Of a DNA stretch of 64,000 nt, positions 1-12,142 are shown piece after piece. Origin of the DNA: Trichodelitschia bisporula (Eukaryota); assembly GCA_010356995.1 (NCBI GenBank), contig ML996695.1, forward strand, positions 71,061 to 135,060, in the 5' to 3' direction. Position 1 is the stretch's first letter; every line of letters starts with the position of its first letter. A program made the translations under genes and the position numbers. Under the pieces are notes generated by a model, which worked only from the letters and a program-made list of their open reading frames with translations, was not told the DNA's origin and searched no databases.

Positions 1-899
1 GCCAATGGTACGCTAGCCAGGGACGGAGAGGCGGAGTATCAAAGTACACGAAAGGCGGCAATCATATGAAGGAAGCAAACTCCGATGGACATCTTCGGAT
101 GCTGGGGGCTTGCAGCTTCACATTCAGAGCAGCACTTCTCCGTGTCTTTGAGATCACCTCGCAACCTCTACAAAGTAAGCAACCAAAGCCCGCCGTACCG
201 TGCAATCTCCAAGTTGATGTGCAAGTCGATTTCCTTCACCATGGGGATACTCAACGGACGGCATCAATCAGATTCTTGTTTTCCAGGTCTCCGTCAAGAG
301 AAGGCGTGCTACCTTCTTGAATTGACGGACCATTTTAGGACTCCGGTGATTCTGTATGCCACGAGCAGCCCTATCCCGGTGGTCATGGGGGAGGTTGAAC
401 GTACGAGGAATACAGGTGTAAGAGTGCGGCCACAAAGTTCCCCACACTCCGATTCCGGTGGCAAGCTGACGAGCAGTAGCCTTAAAGTCCTCTCTTGCTC
501 CAGCAAGCCAATTCAGCGGACCCGCCAAAAAACAACCAGTAAGTCATGTCTCCACCATCAGTTCAACTAACAACCCTACAGGAATGGGTGCTCCAGCCAA
601 CTTGCTGTCTAGCTCTCCCGCATCTCGGGTGAAGCTCCCACCGTACATAATGGGCAGGCTGGCGGCAATTTGTGCAGAAGACATTCGTGTCAGCAACGCC
701 CACGTCGGAGACAACACCCAGCCTCCGTGGCCCCACGGTCTACCTTGGCCGCAATGGCGGGTCGCGGCTGTGGTACTACGTGGAATACTCAGCCGCCCAT
801 ACGAGGAGCAGCGTTACACCTCATTTCGTTCCTCAGAGGACCTCCCGGGATATATTCCGCTCGACAGCTGGCGATCGCAGCCCTCCTCAATAAGTCGAG

Positions 900-1487
900 A
901 TGATTGAGACAGTTGACAGTGACCCCGAGACCAATCTCCCTGGGCCCCGCAACTCAGCCGAGCCACCTGAACCTTCGGAATCATCACAGCCCTCACTGTT
1001 AGCGCACGCCTTCAGAAACTCAACAGGCCTTTTGGGACGTCCGAATCAACTGGCCTCTGACAACCATAGCCAACTGTCTCCAGAGTACCCATATCTCTCT
1101 ACCCATCAGGAGCATCCTCAACCACTCTCCCGGCGCAGTGCCTGGCTGTGCTGTCCTCAAGCCACGTGTGACCCTCATCATATTGATTACAGTCCGCCAG
1201 TCTATCCTAACGAGCATACACTCCTTCCAACGCCGACCGCCCTTTCATCGGCGACCGGTAATCCCTGGCTTTGTCCCCAGTCCCAAATTTTTGTTTGTAT
1301 CTGCGGTGCTCAATCTGCGGTGCTGGAGGTCGAGTCCGACACTGACATGCCGGAGGCAACCAACCAAGGAACTGATGGTAGTGCTGAGGAGAACGGCGAA
1401 GGCAGTGATGATGATGGCGAGGAGGGGTGGAGCAGCTTCTTTCGACAGCTGCGGCTCCAGTTTGGGGACCGGGCTAGGCGACACTGA
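900..1487 (+). CDS. Hypothetical Ser/Pro-rich protein with Cys clusters and an acidic C-terminus (start codon uncertain)
   Basis: The 195-aa ORF opens at a TTG, contains CCPQATC and WLCPQSQIFVCIC clusters, and ends in an acidic tail. No recognisable family; it may be an exon of a spliced or decayed gene. Confidence 0.25.
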   Translation: MIETVDSDPETNLPGPRNSAEPPEPSESSQPSLLAHAFRNSTGLLGRPNQLASDNHSQLSPEYPYLSTHQEHPQPLSRRSAWLCCPQATCDPHHIDYSPPVYPNEHTLLPTPTALSSATGNPWLCPQSQIFVCICGAQSAVLEVESDTDMPEATNQGTDGSAEENGEGSDDDGEEGWSSFFRQLRLQFGDRARRH

Positions 1488-2077
1488 AAGTGGAGAAGAG
1501 ATGCGCGGCATCGAACGGACTGGTTGATGACGGCCAAAGGCGTCTGCTTTATCAAGGAAGTCTACCTTAAGGTTACGCGTTTCTAGATGCTGTGAGTTTT
1601 GATTCGGGGTCCAAGTTTCTTCAATTTCTACTCGTTTCCGGTTGAAATTCACTCGCGGCATTATCATCGGAGGTCCTGATGCAGAGCTAATGTTGTGGCG
1701 CTGTGGTGGTTGGATGCGTGGGTTACTCAACCCGGGAAGGCTAGCGGCTCGGCCCGCTTCCCGCCGCCACTAGGTGCAGATGCGGAAGGGTATCATGACA
1801 TCACACATGGCACACCACACATCACAAATACAAATGCCTCGGTTCACTGATCCATTGACCTTAAGCTATCCATAGAGGACTGAACCTGGGACATGCACAC
1901 CATCTCCATAGCCCTTAAACGAAGATCATGGTAACCGAGTTTTTCCGCGGACTTTTAGCTTTTCATGTGTTTTTGCTGGAGGTTTAAACTTTTTGGTTCG
2001 AGTTAAGCCTGAAAGGACCTCTGAAGCCCGTTAGCGTCGCTCACATACCACAGGAGAAACTTACAACATACGACCTA

Positions 2078-2965
2078 CTAACTCCGCTTGAAAATGCGCT
2101 TGGCTAGCACACGAACACGGGTCAGTAACTGCAGGCGGCTTCCGCGCGACGGCTGAACCGCCGTATCATCATAAGCGAACTCCCAGCGCGCAAACTGTTC
2201 CATCGCAAGGACCGGCGGGAGGGGGGCCGCCCACATTGCCTCAATCCGCACCCGAGGTGTCGCCGTTGAACGACCCCACCCCCGACCCAAGTACGGGTTG
2301 TCGCGGGCTGCGGGGATGGGAAGAGGGTGCGGCTGCAAGGTATTCAGTGCTTCCTGAATGTCCATGCGGGTGCCACCTGGAGCAACCACACCCTGCTCGT
2401 CCCATCCCATCATGGTCATCGGGCGCCCGTTAGCCAGAGAACGAAATCCACGCCGCGCGGGTGAATCTGGGGTCGGCATACGTATCGGACCTTCCCAAAC
2501 GTCCCCGGAGAGCCCCAGAAATACAGCCGACCCCCCAGGGCCAGCAATGGTTGCGCGGCGAGGAGTCGGGATGTCCTGAGACTCCATGTTCAACGTACTG
2601 GGCGGATTAGCAGGTGATTGAAAAGATAGGGGCGGCTTACCCAAGCGGAGCCTCCTGTTCAGCATCATGTGCAGGCGGAGTTGCCATGCCACCACCACCA
2701 GGGCCAGCATTTGGAACCAGCTCCTGAACTTCGATATCATTTGCAGCACCAGGCAGAGCAGGTTCATCCGGGTACCTAGCAAATTGGTTAGAGTCATTAC
2801 GGACAGAGGCACGAACACGCACTCGTTATCGAAATGATTCATGGCCAGATCGAATTCGCTCATATCAACGGCAAAGCTGGTGTTCGACGAACGAGAATGC
2901 TGATACCCTGATGGACGACTGCCACCCCCCTGGCTGGGAGACCATTCCGCAATGTTAGAGTCCAT
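2078..2965 (-). CDS. Orphan three-exon hypothetical protein (~265 aa spliced)
   Basis: ATG at 2965. Canonical introns at 2776-2822 (GTGCGT...CTAAC...TAG) and 2598-2640 (GTAAGC...CTAAT...CAG) preserve the frame. The product is disordered-looking with no known domain. Confidence 0.55.
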   Translation of the reverse strand: MDSNIAEWSPSQGGGSRPSGYQHSRSSNTSFAVDMSEFDLAMNHFDNECVFVPLSVMTLTNLLGTRMNLLCLVLQMISKFRSWFQMLALVVVAWQLRLHMMLNRRLRLGKPPLSFQSPANPPSTLNMESQDIPTPRRATIAGPGGSAVFLGLSGDVWEGPIRMPTPDSPARRGFRSLANGRPMTMMGWDEQGVVAPGGTRMDIQEALNTLQPHPLPIPAARDNPYLGRGWGRSTATPRVRIEAMWAAPLPPVLAMEQFARWEFAYDDTAVQPSRGSRLQLLTRVRVLAKRIFKRS

Positions 2966-3235
2966 ATCTTCTGATCTGGTTCAGCTTTATAATATCGATA
3001 TACCGGTTATACTGACCGAAAATGAACTGCGAAGTGAGAGTAGGAGGAAATATTGAAAGTTGGAGGGCTGAAGGCTAATGAAACTTTCGAAAACTGGGTA
3101 ACAATGCACGATTGTTGATGTTCGCGTTGCAAAGAGTTCATGAAAGCAAACTGGAACCTGATCTTTCCGACCATCCACACTGATTACCGGATACTCACTA
3201 GCTTAAAAATTGTTAAGCTCTTTCCCCCGCCGAAT

Positions 3236-3311
3236 AAGGCGGGTGCGACGGGGCGGGGGTGAGCGCCCGCCTTTTTTGGAAGCCCAGTGGGGGTGCCCGC
3301 CTTCTTGGAAG
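3236..3311. repeat. Cluster of inverted and direct repeats (CCCGCCTT core)
   Basis: AAGGCGGGTGC (3236-3246) is inverted relative to GCGCCCGCCTT (3263-3273). The unit GCCCGCCTT(T/C)TT(T)GGAAG is present twice, at ~3265 and ~3295. Confidence 0.6.
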
Positions 3312-4625
3312 TTAAGTGAGTGAGTGGCCCTCAACTTGCTGGCACTGGACTCATGGCCAAATCCTTCTCCATTCTTTTACCATGCTCTCCATCTTTCTCT
3401 TTTGCACAGTGTGCCCTCACCTTCACGCAAATCAACCACTGTCCAACTTCTCCTCCACGACACACTGCTATACCTTAACTCCTCACCATCGGTCACTAGC
3501 CTTGCCTACCTCCTCGATGAGATTCTGAAAAATCCAAACCATAAGGAGTGGCTCCATTATATTTACAACATTGGCGGCTAGCATGTTCCGGGTCCCGGGA
3601 CGGCTGAAACTCAGCCGCGTATGTGACCTATTATACACGTACAACATGTCAGCTCCAGTTTGAAAACGAGGGATGGAGTACTAACAGATGACAGATATCC
3701 CATTTCGCATTCGCAAACCCCTCGCTGGTGCTGTGTTTGCCAGCGAGACGGTTATAGTGTGAAATTACCTCACTCAAAACCCTATCACCAGTTGAGCGAT
3801 TTGCTGCGATGTCTCGGCAGCCTGATGATGGCGATGGCCATATACGACAGGGGGTCTCCGGAAGAGCAGCTGCGTCCGCCAGGACGGTTCGCGCAAACCT
3901 GGAGCTATACCGTCTTTCCATGGGGTACTCTATAAGGTAGGAAAAAGTCTATCTACACCTCCGGCGAAAGCGGGGAAAACATGTGCTTGTGTACCGACGT
4001 TCTAACACTGTCCAGACTATACCATTGGGGCTCGAGTCCATATTCTATATACTTCGAGCGGCTGTGCCAGCACAGCTTCGTCGAGCGTTGAGGCCTCGTC
4101 CAGCACTGAGAGGGCCTCGGACAAGACGACATATATAGCCCCCGCGGGCAGATCGCAGCGTCGAGGAGCGGCCCATCTCCCCTCAGATGGCCCTGCGCTT
4201 CGTGATCTTGTCGGTGCTTTGTTGCAGGCTCACAGTCATGACCGCCACCGCGCATGGTCAACGTACTAGTTCTGAGCATCTTCAAGAACATCACTGATGA
4301 CAACCTTTGAACTCTCGGCTTGGACCAAGCCTCGCCGGCTATAGCTCCATCGTGCATGATGAGTTCTGGTATCGACCCGAAAGGTAATACTGTCAGCCGC
4401 AATGGTTAGAGAGAAAGTTTTATTAACACCGGGAGCAGTACCACCACTGACAATGAATCACCTACGTTGGCTTCCGTCTTCACCCCTGCCGGGCTCTTAA
4501 GCTCTCATCGCATTATAACGACTCCCGCTCTATACTTTTCAATCCATCTTCGCAGTCCTCTGAAGCTGAAGTCGTTTGCCGTATACAAGCCAGACGTGGA
4601 GCAAGATGAGGCGCCCACTTCGACA

Positions 4626-4895
4626 AAGGCAGTCGACATCCTCGCCGGCCACCGCAGAAACTTCAGCTCCTCGAATCCAGTGCGCTGACTAGTGATCCCG
4701 GAGAACCTGAAAAAACTCAGCATGTATATGCTTACGCTGCTGAGGTGCCGTACCTTCCTGGGTGGTCGTGAACCTTCCGATCGCCGCATCCACGACGTGC
4801 GCCTCCTGCGTGCCATTGGTTCCGGCGAACTCTCCATTGACAAACCGCGCACCATCGCGCAACACGACTTGGCCGAAGGCGACGGCTTTGCCAAC
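4626..4895 (+). pseudogene. Sec24-family (COPII, SFB3/Sec24C-D-like) gene fragment
   Basis: Translates as VDILAGHRRNFSSSNPVR*LVIPENLKKLSMYMLTLLRCRTFLGGREPSDRRIHDVRLLRAIGSGELS...HDLAEGDGFAN, matching the recalled Sec24 helical-domain pattern (QLVLPENLK.FSMYML...K.RAF.GG.EPSDRR.HD.R). There is an in-frame TGA at 4686-4688 and the rest of the gene is absent. Confidence 0.7.
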
Positions 4896-5324
4896 ACTCG
4901 TGTCTCGTATATACACAAGTCAAAAGGTGGTGGCCCTGAACGCGCATATACCTCTCGCTCTATCTCCACGACGTCTTCTCAACATTCAAACAGTTCCTGA
5001 ACGATCTCGATGGCGGAATACTTCTATATATCTCGCCGCACCCCGTATATGCACAATCGCGACACCGCGCATCTCCGGCTCACGGCCTCTACGTTATACC
5101 TGGGCGTTCGGACCTACACCACTCGCGTATGCATTCCTCGCGCTTTGCAATCAAGCTTTCGGGCCAGGATTGGGCCGAATGCAAAGTCACTGCAGCTTCC
5201 ACGGGAGATATATACAAGAGAAGGAATCTCTGTATAGGCCGTGGAGGCTCTTTCGACCCCGCGTGGTCCTCCTCCTCATCTTGAGCACATTCGGGATCTT
5301 CTTTATAACATGTGCGCCACTCCA

Positions 5325-5430
5325 ACTGACATGAAGGTATACAAAGCCTCGCAGCATATGGTGGACGTTCACACTGGCGAGCTGAAAGGACCCGGAGCTT
5401 CTTTCTTCGGGATCAAACCTGAACGCGTCA
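5325..5430 (+). pseudogene. Possible DUF2458-like gene fragment
   Basis: TDMKVYKASQHMVDVHTGELKGPGASFFGIKPERV resembles the recalled fungal DUF2458 motif D.KVY.AS..M......EL..LG.PFF. The match is short and no full gene is present. Confidence 0.3.
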
Positions 5431-8400
5431 CTAAGACCCCCAGCAATGACCCGAACGACACCTAAGAGCGTTGTAGAGCGGAAAAAGTTCCCACCTTCTC
5501 CCCCGCAGTTCGCCGGCAAGCTCCCAAAGTTGGAGGAGCCAGTTATATGGGTAGGTGGAGCCGGATGGAGTCCCATATATTCAACGCTACAAGGCCTGGG
5601 TCCACTTCGGTTACAATATCGGCGGCTGGCTTGTTCCTGGTCTCGGGACGAATTACGGAGCGTATGCTCGGCCACGATCATGAGCGCAGTGAGGTAGTCA
5701 GCCAGATGTACCCGGCTCCCACGTAAGCTATACTTCGTCGTTCTCCGCGGATTGCTGGATCGGAACTTCCCTATACACGGACTCTCTCGCGGTGCGGAGC
5801 GCGCTTCTGCACCCGCAAGTCTGTTGTCACCTTGAAAGCAACTCCATCTGGCGGACAGATGCTTTTGATTATATACCAGGAATGCGGACTAATAGCGCTT
5901 CGCAAGGCTATATACGGCTCTGGCAGGCCTGGAAACCTTGCTGTCTTCCTCGTACTCAGCTGGAAGAAACTCCAATCTGGCTTATGGATGCGTACGACTC
6001 TCAGCTGGGGAACATTAACGAAGGAATGGAGACAAATGATACCTAGCGACTATACTATAAGCCCTGGGAGCTGCGCCCTGAAGACACGAACCAGATTGAA
6101 GAGCAGGTTGCCAGCGCCAAAGTCGAAATTGAGGCGGAACTCGCTGCCCTGGAGCAGCGCCGCACCGAACAGTCCAAGGCAAAGGAAAACAAGGCGCACA
6201 CGACCAACGTCGCGGCACTCCCCGATGACCTCGCGATGATGGCATGTAATGGGCACGCTGTCTCAGCAAACGGTATACCAGCAGGAGTCGGCATCCTTGA
6301 TCTTCCTGCTCAAACTACTAGCAAAAACGGCCATTCGGAAGAGTTCCTAACCTCAAGTGTTCAATATATCTCACTGGCGCCTGGGAGCGCAACAACCCAC
6401 TGGTGCTGTATAAGTACTCCGGTTTCGTATACTTAATTACGCTTCCATTTCCCACCATTTCTCGCGCACAGAAAAGTGCTTCAATACATTGACATGCCAT
6501 TCGTCCTAGCCGGCGTGGCCCTCCTGACCGCTCAGAGCTGTCCTCACCTCCTATACCACTCGGACCGTCGCCACTGCCATATATACGTCGGCTTGTTTCT
6601 CTTGGCTTCACCGTAGCCTTCCGCTTGATGATCATTTCGTCGATTATAGCGGCGTCATCGATTACGGGGGCGCTCTAGCGCCAACGCGGTCACCTTCTAT
6701 AAACTTCGGGCGGGCCAACGTCTTGCGTCGTATATATCGTCGCATTGCTGCGACCAGTATATATACCTGGCCTCAAAAAACAGGCTCAGCATTCAGCCAT
6801 AGCGAAGGCTCTCCTCATGCAGAAAAAGCCCTATTCGCTTGATACGGTTCCCAAGGTTGAGACGCGTTTGCGCCACCAAGTGCGCGATGACGACGAATAT
6901 ATACGGCCATCAAGCCTTCGGCAATGTGGCGGCGCCCACCGGGCAGACTCAGCTTCCAGTGCACAGCTTCATCGACTTCAATGAATAGTCCCCGGAGTTG
7001 GTCATGAGCACCAAACTCCGCCTCCGCATTCCGCCTCTCGTATAGATATACCGCGGTCCGGTCCCTAATCCAGGTCCGACCCAGCACCGCCGCTATCCGA
7101 GCGTATATTTCCGTATACATCGGAGGCCTAAGTGCACCGAAGTTCCTCAAAAACATTCGCAACACGAAGGAGCGGCGCGGGTGCCTGCCTCGAGAAGCCT
7201 TCCACGTCCGTAACTGCCTGCGATATACTTATATGACCGCCGGAGCAGCCGGGGGGGGCATTCCTTCAGCAGTCCCCCTATATACCGGGCCTCCCCGCCC
7301 AGCTCCTGTATATACATCTGATTTCTTCGAGCGGCCGACATCCATATACATGAAAGCAGCAGTACTGTTTCACAACAAAAGTATTGTCATCAAGGTGTTG
7401 TCAATCGCGCTCGCCATGGTCGCCATGAGTTTGCGCAATCCCTCGAGCAGTTGGCTAAGGCCAGGCAGATGGATGACGGCTTTGAGTTCGGCAGCATGAT
7501 TGACGCTTCTCAAATCGACGAAATTGCGGAAAAGTTTAATGCTTGTACGGTTGTTATATCAATGCCCCCCGAGGCAGCCGAAATCTCGCCTCACGACATC
7601 GGCATCACCTCCGCGCGGGAGAGGGGCGACCTCCGGAGCGAATGCAGCATTTTCATCTGAAATCAACGCTACCAGTTCAAGTTCGGTTACGATGAGTGGA
7701 CAATTCAACTTCCCACCTGCGTGAGCTCATCACTGTCGTCTCCGCTGAGGATTACCTCGTTATATTCGACTACTGTTCCCCAGTCTCCGAGCTTAACGAC
7801 AGCACCTCGGGGTCGCCTGTCCTATATTCGACGATCACAGCAAGGTCATCAACCGCGCCTCCCGTATAACTATATAGAGGCACCGCCGCCAGTCACCGGG
7901 CCGAGCATCACTACCATTTCTATCGCTATACCCTCCAAGTTGCGGTCGACCCCAGGTCACGCAAATGGTATATACCGGCCTTTGTACCGCGCATTGTACA
8001 CGTCAACTCCACCCTCCCCAGCATTTAAGACGTCACACGCCATCCTGCTTTTCGTTGGTCCTATATAGCGCAACTATATGCGCATTTCGTCGCTTGTATC
8101 CGGTGGTACCGGTACCGCGGAAGCGCTACTCTGCGATTCCGCTGTCGACGCCGGGGAGGCTATACATGTATATCACAAACATGTAGTTCACAAAGCTCAT
8201 CCTATTCGGTGGCACGGCCGCTCGCTTCATTGGCGCCTCCCGTATATACCGAAACTTTCAGTCCGTCCCGAATCTGCTTTCACCCGGCTCAAGGAGCGCA
8301 CATAGAAGATCGGGAACCCCGCCAACGATGCAGAAACCAAGAAGGATCCGGAGGGGAAGTGCACCTGGCGCCATACTACCATACACCAGGCTCAACCCGC

Positions 8401-8808
8401 GCGGCTCGCACCTTTTCGACCCGGAAATAGCGCCCTACCCTCGCGTCGCCTCTAGCGAACCCACTCTACCAGTTCCCAGCAGGCCTCGCGGCCCAATCTA
8501 CGGCCGGTATATCCCGCCCCTATACGCACTTCGTCCTTTCAGACGGCTCCTACCGCCTCGGGACAGACGGCGCCTCAGTTCACCCAGCCTGCTTCTCATC
8601 AGCACGGACGGTCAGCGCTACAGTACGGACAGTACATGGCGCAGCATGGACAACCGGCTGGTAGTCGCTTCGGCCTAACAGCGGCGCTATGTAGTGCGCA
8701 CATCTTCGACTTCCAATTCTTAGCGCGCGCGCTTTTGCGCTCCTGTCAACTCGGGCTCCACATTCTGCCAACTCTCCGAAGTCGCCCTGCCAGCCAGTGC
8801 ACTTCTTC

Positions 8809-9275
8809 GGCGTATACGACACTCCCGAGTCAACTAGCCCTCTCCCCGCCGCAAAGTGGGACGAGATCAATCTTCTATATAATGACTTCGCCCCGAGAGG
8901 CCGGCAACAGCAACAAAGCTCCTGCGAACACTGCCGCGACTGGTGATACAGAAATGCGCGACTGGTGCGCCGCATTCTCAAGCATTCCCGAGAGGAGTGT
9001 ATGTTCGTCGACGCTCCGGTAGGATTCTGTCGCTGCGGTACCGTTTATCCGAAGCTCCAGCTTGTCGCCACTTGCCCTTGCTCGATGGATTACGGTTTGG
9101 ATCATACTTCGAATCAAGCACCGGCTTAGACACCGGGAAAGAGCGCACGGTGCCTCGGAAAACGCCAGCAACAGCGCCACGACGGCTCCGGGCGCCTTGA
9201 ATGGTATATACCGTCCCTATACGCACCCCCGGGGCATATACAACCACCCTGGCCGACTAGCCCTCTCCCCGCTGC
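8809..9275 (+). repeat. Dispersed ~44-bp direct repeat pair
   Basis: Copies at 8809-8852 and 9233-9275 share an exact 17-mer, ACTAGCCCTCTCCCCGC (8833-8849 and 9256-9272). Most flanking mismatches are G/A or C/T transitions. Confidence 0.65.
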
Positions 9276-10864
9276 GAGCCGTCAGTGCCGGCTTATAAAA
9301 AGGACCAATGCACTTCCAGTCAACGGCCAAGATTTTCAACGCATACACGCTATTCTACCGACGCCGGTCGTCCCTTGACTCCGCTCAGCCGCCGGCTGTA
9401 TACTATATACTATATATCGGCAAGGCCCCAACGGCAAGCGCCCTAAGACCGGCTCCTGGCGCAACTATTCTGAGGTCTCTCAAGCGCGAGTATCTTTCGT
9501 CAAAGCGTGGTATTGAGACGCTCCGGCTCGCATGGCGCATTACGAACGCGGCCGCCGGCCCCGGTTATATAACCCGGTCTCATTTCAGTTCTTTATATAC
9601 TCCTGGTGGACAATCACCAAGTCCGTCGTCAGCGTTACGACCTCTCCGCCTGTCAGGAACTCCCGGTATATCTTCCGCTTCAATCAACATGATCGACACA
9701 ACGGACGCTCTCCCGGCCCCTTCTTTCCCTACGCAGCAGGGCAAGCGATCATTGCGCAAGAGATGGGTTATAGGACTTTGCGTTATCTACTTCTTCGGCA
9801 CGCACTTCTAGCTGCGGGCGCCGTCTCCGCCTGCTTTTCCCTGAATCGCCGCCGAAATCCCAGCTTCGCGCGTTATACATCTTTGGGCGCCGGCTCCGTC
9901 TCCCTACTACAACATCATCTCTCGTCGGCAATATAGCGGCAATATACGCGCCTCCAATTGCCGCGGCGAGGCTTCCGGCAGCATATCTCCATCTCTTACT
10001 CTTTTTATAACTTGACCGCGGCATGCTCCGCCCATCGCCGCACCGGGTGCACTCTCCACATCCATCCTCTGCACCCAAACCCTTCCTTTGCCATTCACCA
10101 AAAGAGGGTATATACCCATCCCCGCCTCTTCTCAAACGAGAGCGAAGTGCCGCAAGAAAGCACGTATACATGTGCATATACAACCCACAAAAACATGGGC
10201 ATGTACAACCATCCTCCCCCCCCCGCCGCAGCAGCAGCACCAGCGGTAGTATAGCGGTGCAGGGCCGGGGGGGGGGGGGGGGTTCGTGTGGTTGGAGCAA
10301 CGAACGACGTTGAAATGAAGGGTGCAGCGTCGCCCAAAGCGACTCACGAGCCCATCGATACCATCAAAGTGGCGCCACGGGCGTGGGCTCGGGACTGCGC
10401 CCTGGTACGACGCCACAGGGTGCGAAGGACAGTGAGCTCTGCGGAGTGGTTTACTATACGGATGGCAGCGGGGGCGGGGGGCGGGGAACAACAATGGCTT
10501 TACAGCAGCGACGCTGGGTGGGGGGTGATGGTGGGGGCGCAAGGCTGAGGACTTCGGAGGCGTATAATGGGAAAAGTGGAGAGTATATACCAGCCCCCGC
10601 TCACAGCGGACACCACTTACCGGATTAGAACTACATTGCGCTTCCGCAACAATGAAGGTCGATGGTGCGGTGCGTCCCACAGATACGAAAAGTACGCCGC
10701 CAAACTATTTTCTTTTCCTTTCTTCTTCTGACCATCACCAGCCTCTTCCAGGCCGCGGTGGCCTCGGGTGCAGTATATAGCAGACACGCGAACGGCGCTT
10801 AGATAGAACAAAGAAGAAACACCAATCTATTTCTACGGTACAACCCATACAAATCTAATCTGAT

Positions 10865-12142
10865 CTACAACTCCTTCCCCTCCTTCTGCCCCGCCACACT
10901 CGCCTCCCGCGCCCTAGCCTTCCTCTCCTTCTCCACCTTTTCACGGCGATTCATAATACCCTCCGCGCCCACCCCGCCAAACACAAGCCCAACCCCCAGC
11001 CACTGCATCCGGCTAATCGAGTGCCCGAACCACAGCACGCTGACAACCATAGTCAACATCTTGCGCGTCACGGTGACAGTGACGAGGAGCAGGCTTGAGA
11101 ACACCTGCAGCGTGTGGAATATGAACACCTGCCCGACGGCACCGCACGCCGCGAACCCGAGCACATCCCACCCGACACTGGGATGAGCGCGGATGAACGC
11201 GAGCGCGTCGCGCAGTTCGGTGGCGTTGATGCCTAGATACCCCGTCAAAGCCGGGGGGGCGAAGGGTGCGAGGAGCAGGAATGACGTGGTCAGCGCGGTG
11301 GAGAGCAGGTTCTGCGCGCACATCATCTGCGGGCCGGAGTACGGGCGAAAGCTTGTAAAGATCTGGTCCTGCGTGCTGTTGGTCAGGCCATCGAACAGCA
11401 GATTAACGCCGAGGAGAAAGAGTCCCCAGCCCGGACTCGCAGCTGCCTGCTTGGAGCCGTGTTTCGCGGCCTTAGACGCGGTGGAGGGATGGTGCAGGGT
11501 GAAGACCGCGACGCCGAGCGTCACCAGCGCAACGACGGCGTATTTGTACAAGCTGTAGCGCTTGCGGAAGAGCGTTACGTGTAGGAACATCACCGGGAGC
11601 AACTTGCACGACTTGGCAAGGATGAAAGTGATGTAGTCGATATGCTCGAGCGCCGCGTAGCCAAACGGCGACGCAAGCGAGCTGGTGAGGCTGATGAGCA
11701 GTAGCGGGGCCAGGATGCGGCGGGACGGGAATATAGGCGCCGGGCCGCGGCGGTGCGGGTGCGAGGTCGTGAGGAGGAGGTAGGCGAGGCCGCTGACGGC
11801 GGCGAAGGCGGATTGTACTGTGTTTAGGAAGACGGCGTGGGTGAAGCGGGAGCCGCGGTGGCCGTAGGGTGTTGTTGTTATGCGCTCTTGGAGGACGGCC
11901 CAGGTTAGGCTGGGGGGTTAGTTGGGATCTGCTGGCTGGGGGGGGGGGACGTACAAGGAGGCGTAGATGCCGCCGACGCAGAAGACGAGACTTCCGAAGC
12001 CGGCTTCGGCTTTTGGTGTGGGAGCTGTGGGTGCCGGGCGCGGCGCGTGCGGCGCGGGCTTGATATCGTGGACGATGCCATTGGATTGCATGACCAGGTC
12101 GGAGGGGGTGCGGTAGACGGCGGTGGGCTTTGTTCGGGCCAT
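10865..12142 (-). CDS. HUT1: UDP-galactose transporter homolog 1 (UAA family, SLC35B1-like)
   Basis: Spliced motifs CVGGIYASFLTWAVLQERI, LAKSCKLLPVMFLH, NLLFDGLTNSTQD and TVTVTRKMLTM. Intron at 11910-11954. Confidence 0.93.

Larger units (their letters stand above)
3600..10700. other. Degenerate accessory region with a RIP-like TpA excess and no intact genes
   Basis: TATA, GTAT and ATAC words are abundant in otherwise GC-rich sequence (e.g. CTGTATACTATATACTATATATCGG near 9396-9420). Only short, stop-interrupted ORFs are present, in contrast with the core genes downstream. Confidence 0.6.

Noticed and set aside
1..900. Short overlapping ORFs at the window start
   Set aside because: No recognisable motif or consistent splice model could be built.
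3600..10700. An identifiable transposon (LTR, LINE, DDE, Helitron or Starship captain) in the degenerate zone
   Set aside because: No RT, integrase, transposase, Rep/helicase or tyrosine-recombinase motifs and no long terminal repeats were recognisable by eye.
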